The translations under genes were made by a program, and so were the position numbers. The notes under the pieces are model-generated. The model was not told where the DNA came from and ran no database searches. It was given only the letters and a program-made list of their open reading frames with translations. From positions 25,947,220-25,988,468 of the forward strand of contig NC_068991.1 of assembly GCF_001194135.2 (NCBI RefSeq): a stretch of DNA of 41,249 bases. Direction: 5' to 3'. Below are positions 33,520-41,249 of this stretch, piece after piece (positions within the stretch are counted from its first letter, which is position 1; each line of letters begins with the position of its first letter). The stretch comes from Octopus bimaculoides (lineage: Eukaryota).

Positions 33520-35160
33520 TTGGGAAAACAGTTGTAACAGCGGCCAGAGATGAAATGAGCTCAAGCTCCTGGTCCTGATGGCTTCCCAGATATTCCCCTG
33601 AAATCATGTAAGCAGGCTTCAGTGAAATCACTTCAGATAGTTTCCAAAGTTTCCTTGCAAGTGGTAAAATTCCGAAAACGCTAAAAGAAGGCATTATATG
33701 CCCTATCTACAAAGATGGAAGCAGGGCAGATGCCAAAACTAGAGGCCAATCACTCTGAATTGACATATCAGTTAAGTCATGGAGCGAATCATCAGAAAGA
33801 AGTAGATAATATTCCTATAAGAAAATGTCCTACTGAACAATACACAGCATGGCTTTTGCCTAGGAAGAAGCTGCTTCACACAACTCCTATGACTGGGTTT
33901 CGAACAACTGCTTGACCATTCAAATGCCAGCATGATATACCTTGACTTTCAAAGGTATTTGATAAGACAACAATCATGGTATGATATGTCATAAGCTTCG
34001 AGACTTTGGCATTGATAGTAAACTGGGAGGGTGGTTGCATGACTTACTTAAAGACAGAAGTCAGGCAATTGCAACCAATAGTGCCCTTTCCGAGGAAACT
34101 CAAATTTTAAGTGGCGTCCACCTGGGAACTGTTCTGGTGCCCACGCTTACTTGGATAGCCATTGTCACTAACTATGCCAATGATACAATATTATCACAGG
34201 AAAGAAAAATCAAGATGTCGTCGTAAGCTTACAGCCGGACCCGAATTCTAGATACAAGTGAGCCGAAATAAACAATATGCAGTTTAATGCTGGAAAAATT
34301 CCAGCATTGCACTAACAACTCACGAATTCACTACCGCCTGCATATACAGGATCCGAAGGCACTACAATCCTATAGTCACAAGCATCGAAAGACTTGGTGA
34401 CTAGTATGTCTAATGACGCATTATTATATAAGCACATTACCAAAATGGCGGCAAAGTGCAGACAACTATCAGGATGAATACTGAGGTCCTTCAGGAAAAG
34501 AGCCCAAGAAACTATGTTGACCCTGTGGAGAACATTTGCTCTCTGCCGCCTGGACTACTGCTCTCAGTTATGACCACCACATTGTGCCAAAATAACAGCA
34601 AACCTTGAAGCAGTCAACACCACTACATTAAAAAGATTGAAACAGTGCAGCAGAAGCGCTACAAAGATAGGGTGAGAAAACTGCAACTTTACTCCTGGAG
34701 CGAAGGTATGAGAGATATCCATTAATCTACCCTAGTTTCGGCATTGACTGTTATATAAATGCCAGAGATGGCCGCCGTTGTATTGTACCAAAGGTAACAT
34801 CCACTCCATCTAAATTCAGGATCAGGTACTGTAATAATCTAAGGGTTCAAAGGCCCACAGCTCTTCAATGCCCTGCCACAAAAATTTTTAAAAATCTACA
34901 TAAGGGGGAAGAAGACGTCTTCAAAAATGAACTAGACGTCCTCAACTCCACAAAGCCGGATGCACCAACAGAAGTGCAGATGAGGGCAGTGGAATCAAAC
35001 TCCCTTATACATCAAATAGGCCAACAACTGGGACAAAGGTACATACAGAGGTGGTGATATGAAGCATCCCAGACTGAGGAAATCGGAAACACCACGGTGG
35101 TGCCCCACCATGGCCGCCGCCGCATGGCTGAAACGAGTAGATACATAGATACATACATAC
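33520..35160 (+). mobile_element. 5'-truncated CR1-clade LINE (decayed RT to 3' end)
   Basis: Frameshifted motifs: APGPDGFP, SGKIPKTLKEGIICPIYK, QHGF..GRSC, IYLDF, HGMICHKLRDFGI, SGVHLGTV, YANDT, CRLDYC, QLFNALP, FKNELD..PDAP..RAVESNSLIHQ. A short 3' UTR ends gctgaaacgagta, followed by (ATAC/ATAG)n. Confidence 0.92.
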
Positions 35161-35419
35161 GTGTATATGTACACACACACATATATTTGTACGTATATAT
35201 ATGTATATAGTGGGCACTCGCTGCTGGCGTGGAGATTTAGATTAAACGCACAGTCGCATTAGGATTACTGACAGGTAAAAATGAACCTCTGTTTGGTCTT
35301 CTACACCATGAAGGAATTCTAGGGGTAATATGCAGTCATTCAGCGTAAATTGGGATTTTTTATATCTGCCGCAGCTCATAACTCACCAGTTTTAACAACA
35401 TGAATATTTTAAGAAAGCA

Positions 35420-35500
35420 AATACATACATACGTACACACATACATACATACATACATACATACATACATACATACATACATACGTACGTACATACAAAC
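35420..35500 (+). repeat. (TACA)n microsatellite
   Basis: Read directly from the sequence. Confidence 0.95.
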
Positions 35501-37619
35501 AGACAGACAACTAGATACATAGAGTGATATTCGTGGAAAGATAGAGAAGACTGGATGTGTGTATATGAGAGCAATTTTATTACAGTAACCTCCCGATTAA
35601 GTAGTATCCCAGATAAGTACGCACAAAATCTTCAAGAATCCCAGCTTCAAGTTTTTCAAAGTTTTATGTTACGGCTACATTGATGAACATCTAAATAGGT
35701 AATAAACGGCTCAGGGTATGTGACATCTTGTGAAGTTTATTGTTCAAACATGACATGCAAAGTCAGCTGACTCAGATTTTGTGTGTGTGTGTGGTGGTGG
35801 TGGGGGGTTGCGCTGTACGTTCTTTTTTTTGCCCATCACGGGTGCATACGTTATCCTAGGTGTGCTTGGCTGCACGCTTACATTCAGGCAACTCATTTGC
35901 TAACGTTGTTGTTTTATACGCACATCTAGGCGAAGTACAAGCGGTTAGGGTCAAGTTGCGTACTTGAGAAAGAGATTGCTGTACTAAGTGGCAGTAAAGC
36001 AAACTTGATTCCATAGAGATCTGAAATAACAGTGCATACAGCCGTAAGGGCTTTCACGAGGCATTATATCCGACATCCTAAGGAATCTGCCAGTTGGCCT
36101 GCATCGGCCTACATATATACATGCATATATACTAATCTACATACATACACATCGTTATACACATATGTATGTATATATATATATATNNNNNNNNNNNNNN
36201 NNNNNNNNNNNNNNNNNNNNNNNNNNNNNNNNNNNNNNNNNNNNNNNNNNNNNNNNNNNNNNNNNNNNNNNNNNNNNNNNNNNNNNNNNNNNNNNNNNNN
36301 NNNNNNNNNNNNNNNNNNNNNNNNNNNNNNNNNNNNNNNNNNNNNNNNNNNNNNNNNNNNNNNNNNNNNNNNNNNNNNNNNNNNNNNNNNNNNNNNNNNN
36401 NNNNNNNNNNNNNNNNNNNNNNNNNNNNNNNNNNNNNNNNNNNNNNNNNNNNNNNNNNNNNNNNNNNNNNNNNNNNNNNNNNNNNNNNNNNNNNNNNNNN
36501 NNNNNNNNNNNNNNNNNNNNNNNNNNNNNNNNNNNNNNNNNNNNNNNNNNNNNNNNNNNNNNNNNNNNNNNNNNNNNNNNNNNNNNNNNNNNNNNNNNNN
36601 NNNNNNNNNNNNNNNNNNNNNNNNNNNNNNNNNNNNNNNNNNNNNNNNNNNNNNNNNNNNNNNNNNNNNNNNNNNNNNNNNNNNNNNNNNNNNNNNNNNN
36701 NNNNNNNNNNNNNNNNNNNNNNNNNNNNNNNNNNNNNNNNNNNNNNNNNNNNNNNNNNNNNNNNNNNNNNNNNNNNNNNNNNNNNNNNNNNNNNNNNNNN
36801 NNNNNNNNNNNNNNNNNNNNNNNNNNNNNNNNNNNNNNNNNNNNNNNNNNNNNNNNNNNNNNNNNNNNNNNNNNNNNNNNNNNNNNNNNNNNNNNNNNNN
36901 NNNNNNNNNCACACACTCGCACATGACATACACATATATCTATATAAAATTGTACGCATTTCTGCTCTTTTGTTTAAAATTCTCGATAAACATGGGAACA
37001 ACTGCTCCAGTTTTCTGATACTGTGTCAGCTATAATTCAACAAATGTCTTAATTCTCTGCTATTCGAATAGTATGATGCATTCAGTGGAAAGATAAACTT
37101 CACACCAGAACAAGCAGAAATTAAAATAAATATTTGACCACATACATAAAGAAGAGAAAATATATCGCTAGCATCTCTATAAATATTAATAAATGAATAA
37201 ATTATCTGGGTTTTCTGATTAGGAATAATTGATATTGTTCATGGAATTCATATAAATAATCTTTGATTATTGGTCAATGTTATTCTTCTGCCACTACGTT
37301 TTTGTACATATATGTGCCTTTCTTTTGCAGTTGTACAATCAAAACGTAAACTAAGTGGTAGATTGGGTCAACAATTTTATGGTGTCTATGCATGTGCAAT
37401 GTATGTACCATTTATACATACTAATGAATAAACACGCAGAATGACAACTGTAGATACATATACACGTATATTAACACGTAGACACATGTAACATATATAT
37501 CATTCGGTGTATCTGTCTGTTCGTCTCTCTCTCTGCACACACACACATGTATATATACATATACTATATATCTGTTTGCGTGACAATTACGTACACACAT
37601 ACACATATGTACATACTAG

Positions 37620-37652
<33 letters not shown>

Positions 37653-39134
37653 ATATNNNNNNNNNNNNNNNNNNNNNNNNNNNNNNNNNNNNNNNNNNNN
37701 NNNNNNNNNNNNNNNNNNNNNNNNNNNNNNNNNNNNNNNNNNNNNNNNNNNNNNNNNNNNNNNNNNNNNNNNNNNNNNNNNNNNNNNNNNNNNNNNNNNN
37801 NNNNNNNNNNNNNNNNNNNNNNNNNNNNNNNNNNNNNNNNNNNNNNNNNNNNNNNNNNNNNNNNNNNNNNNNNNNNNNNNNNNNNNNNNNNNNNNNNNNN
37901 NNNNNNNNNNNNNNNNNNNNNNNNNNNNNNNNNNNNNNNNNNNNNNNNNNNNNNNNNNNNNNNNNNNNNNNNNNNNNNNNNNNNNNNNNNNNNNNNNNNN
38001 NNNNNNNNNNNNNNNNNNNNNNNNNNNNNNNNNNNNNNNNNNNNNNNNNNNNNNNNNNNNNNNNNNNNNNNNNNNNNNNNNNNNNNNNNNNNNNNNNNNN
38101 NNNNNNNNNNNNNNNNNNNNNNNNNNNNNNNNNNNNNNNNNNNNNNNNNNNNNNNNNNNNNNNNNNNNNNNNNNNNNNNNNNNNNNNNNNNNNNNNNNNN
38201 NNNNNNNNNNNNNNNNNNNNNNNNNNNNNNNNNNNNNNNNNNNNNNNNNNNNNNNNNNNNNNNNNNNNNNNNNNNNNNNNNNNNNNNNNNNNNNNNNNNN
38301 NNNNNNNNNNNNNNNNNNNNNNNNNNNNNNNNNNNNNNNNNNNNNNNNNNNNNNNNNNNNNNNNNNNNNNNNNNNNNNNNNNNNNNNNNNNNNNNNNNNN
38401 NNNNNNNNNNNNNNNNNNNNNNNNNNNNNNNNNNNNNNNNNNNNNNNNNNNNNNNNNNNNNNNNNNNNNNNNNNNNNNNNNNNNNNNNNNNNNNNNNNNN
38501 NNNNNNNNNNNNNNNNNNNNNNNNNNNNNNNNNNNNNNNNNNNNNNNNNNNNNNNNNNNNNNNNNNNNNNNNNNNNNNNNNNNNNNNNNNNNNNNNNNNN
38601 NNNNNNNNNNNNNNNNNNTATATATATATATATATATATATGCATATACATGCATACATATATATATATATACATACGTAGATGCGCGCGCACACACACA
38701 CACACATACTATATAACATAAATATCGTATATAAATGGAGGCGAACACTTCTCTCCATGAGATCGTCTTGAAAAATTAAGACACGAGTATATGTTCCTTC
38801 TTTTTTACATGAAACCAATGGTAGCCTTATTTCACAAATACAGAGATTATATCCACTAATGCGGTACTGAGCACTTATTTTCATCCTATGAATACATAGG
38901 GATAACTTACCCATGCGGGTACCATACGAGTGCTTATCTATGATCAGTGTTATAACTAGCTGCAATGAGTTGTAAGGAGGAGCTAGGCTTATTTAAGTTG
39001 AGAAATTTCGGCTAAGTGAGGATTATATATCTGGGCGATGCTCTACTAACATTACGTAAATTTAACAATGTCATGTTAGAGAAAAATAGAGTCTAGGCTT
39101 ATCCATCTCCGCAGAACACACAACAGTTAATTTT

Positions 39135-39611
39135 TTGGCCGTTACCTTTGATTTGAGTACGCGTGAATACCATCCTCACCACAGACACAACGATAACCTC
39201 AAGTATACGTTTTCAGATTGGCTTTTTTCATTAACGAAACATTTTGCACAAATTATAGTGGAACATGTCACAAGGAAAATAGCTGAATTCCAGAACAAAA
39301 AAGACAGCCGTAAAGTAGTTGAACCGGTAACAAAAGCTTTACTCTTAGTGATAGCCACGTCAAAAATAAATAGTCAATTTGCGAATATGTTGAATACTGC
39401 GCTTATAGACAACGACAGGGAAACAAACATCGAATTGTAGGCAAGCAGTGGGATGGAGACAATCGAAACAATTCCTAATGCAGCTGGACAAGACATAGTA
39501 AACGCTAGACAAAGTAACATGGAATCTCGAGACTATAGCCGAAATGTAAACACTAGTAGATCCATAGATAGAGAAACGGAGAAGGTATCAACTTCTGCTC
39601 TCACTAACTAA
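39135..39611 (+). other. Unassigned 158-codon frame interrupted by one TAG
   Basis: ORF 39135-39440 continues in frame after TAG (ASSGMETIETIPNAAGQD...STSALTN*). No recognised domain. Confidence 0.25.
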
Positions 39612-40227
39612 AGATAAAAAAATAAACTTTTTATTAGCGGAAGGATTAAAATCGTCTCCTAAATGTTCACTGTATGAGGAATAAATCTAGTATACAGGTG
39701 TACGGTTAGGTCAATAGAAAATACTTCTATATCGGTGTGTGCTCGACAAATTTCCAGGCGAGACGGGTAAATCATTTACTTTCATTTAGGGATAGAGAAA
39801 AAAATATATAGCATGAGCTTAGGTCTGGTTATCTGGTCGCTTAAGGTTAGAAACACTAACTCTAATATTGAATAGTAAATATTACAAATAGATGAACGTT
39901 ATGTTATATGAGGAAAAACACGGACTCTACGCAGAAAAGATTCCATATTTTCACGTCGAGAAAACTGTTTGCTTAACACTAGGCAGAATAAGGCCCTAAG
40001 ATATTCGCATCTCTACTTAATCACTAATACTTCCATGGAAGGGATTTGTAATTAAGTAAGTACCACGTAAAAAGGAGGTGCTTGAACTTACATGCCAAAT
40101 ATCAATGTAATATCAAGTTTACTTATATCAAGTAATAATCAGTGTTCTCCATCAGAAAAGTACAAAGCTTCAAAAATTCTAGTAACACATATAAGACGAC
40201 GACACTGCATCTAATTTAAAAGTTGAT

Positions 40228-40345
40228 TTATCTTTTATCCTTAATCTTTTACTTGTTTCAGTCATTAGAGTGCGACCATGATGGGAAACTGTCTTTTGCC
40301 GAACCGCAATGTTACGGGTGCGTAAACATACACATGCTAGTTGTC
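40228..40345 (-). mobile_element. 3' fragment of the CORE-type SINE family (as 28724-29154)
   Basis: Minus strand reads gtttacgcacccgtaacattgcggttcggcaaaag...cccatcatggtcgcactctaatgactgaaacaagtaaaaga. The tail is about 76% identical to 29106-29146. Confidence 0.85.
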
Positions 40346-41150
40346 TCTTCTTCTGTGTGAGCCGTTTCTTGCCTTGTTGTTTTGCATTCCTTGGGCACTT
40401 CTGTATGTTTTTTTTGTTTTCGTTCTCTGTCGTTTCTTTGCATGTTGTTTGAGTTTTTTGTTGAGAAGGGGCCTCCTTTTTCTTTTCGCATCCCTTGCGG
40501 ACGTGGCCTACGTCCCTCCACGCTCACTCTCACGCTCAACAACTTACCTATGAGCACCCTATCGGGAAGCCCTTCGAGAATTTCCATACTGGCTTGTACC
40601 AGCAACTCAAGCGACTGGCCTTTCCAATTTTCGGCCTCCTTTTTCTGCATTTGCAGAATCGACATTTTGTCCTCCATGTCGTACAAAACGACTGCTGCAA
40701 TCCATACAACGTGTACCGGGCTGGAATTTCATCCACTTTGATTTTCACAGTTCTTCTTCCTAAATAAGTTAGCAGGAGAATTGTTTGCCCTTTTTAGTGT
40801 CAGTGTAGGCAGTTCTTTAGCTGTGCTTTCGTCAGCGAATTGTACTTCCACTGTAGCACTTTTTAAACCTCGTCCAAGATATTTAATTCTGTTCCAAATG
40901 GGTTGTAAACATTTTTGAATGAGTTCGCTTTTCACCGACATTATAATTTTTTCTTTCAGACTGTACGCCTTATAGATGACAGTCTTGGCAGCTATATTTT
41001 GTAGTGTTTCCTGGGGAGGGAGTAACTTGGTGTCATTGCCTGTTTTCTTAATCATGTTATGCTATTTGAACAGTTCCGCCATAGACACGTTCAAATTTAC
41101 CATGTTACTGCCAACGGCAGCCGAAAAACTAGTTTTTTCCTTTTCAATCT
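40346..41150 (-). mobile_element. Decayed ORF1 (gag-like) remnant of a non-LTR retrotransposon
   Basis: Frameshifted chain: TSFSAAVG..KYLGRGLKSATVEVQFADE..LLTYLGRRTVKIKVDEIP..WIAAVVLYDMED..VRVSVEGRRPR. SYAAAV-like and VEGRRP motifs precede the CCHC knuckle in LINE ORF1 proteins as I recall them. Clade not determined. Confidence 0.65.
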
Positions 41151-41249
41151 GTTTTTTTTTTTTTTTTACTTTGGTTTACATTCTCTGTATACTTTTTCAT
41201 CTCTGGGAAATCGAGAATTACTCCAACTCAAAATCCATACTGAATAAAA

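Noticed and set aside
5770-38965. Long ORFs full of X and YI/CV/TH/ER repeats in the supplied track
   Set aside because: Artefacts of translating through N gaps and dinucleotide microsatellites.
1-41249. Minus-strand bias of retroelements as evidence of a host gene orientation
   Set aside because: The CR1 and two SINE copies are on the plus strand, and the numbers are too small.
1-41249. CRISPR arrays, rRNA or prokaryotic operons
   Set aside because: No repeat-spacer periodicity, no rRNA-like sequence and no gene-dense region.

Overview
AT-rich eukaryotic genomic DNA from a short-read draft assembly. It has 12 N-gaps totalling about 5.5 kb, most flanked by (TA)n/(CA)n/(AG)n microsatellites. 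The repeat landscape looks like a coleoid cephalopod such as Octopus; this is an inference from recalled repeat families, not a database result. No intact protein-coding gene, rRNA, tRNA gene or CRISPR array could be supported. The window is dominated by decayed transposons. There are four mariner-family elements: two near full length with TIRs and TA target sites, one internally deleted, and one made of two 5' ends. There are three R4/Dong-clade non-LTR fragments, a CR1-clade LINE 3' half, a Penelope-like element, a LINE ORF1-like remnant and at least three tRNA-SINE families. The most notable observations are: (i) a nested cluster at 25.5-27.8 kb, where a miniature R4/Dong element (ORF start fused to ORF end) ends in a (TAA)n tract that is in frame with a Penelope ORF carrying an unusual ~220-aa S/T/N-rich linker; (ii) a 3' tail shared by the CR1 LINE and a CORE-type SINE; (iii) a 104-nt near-perfect hairpin; (iv) an indel-free diverged 129-nt duplication; and (v) unassigned open frames and splice-site-bounded segments that may belong to an unrecognised host gene (low confidence).
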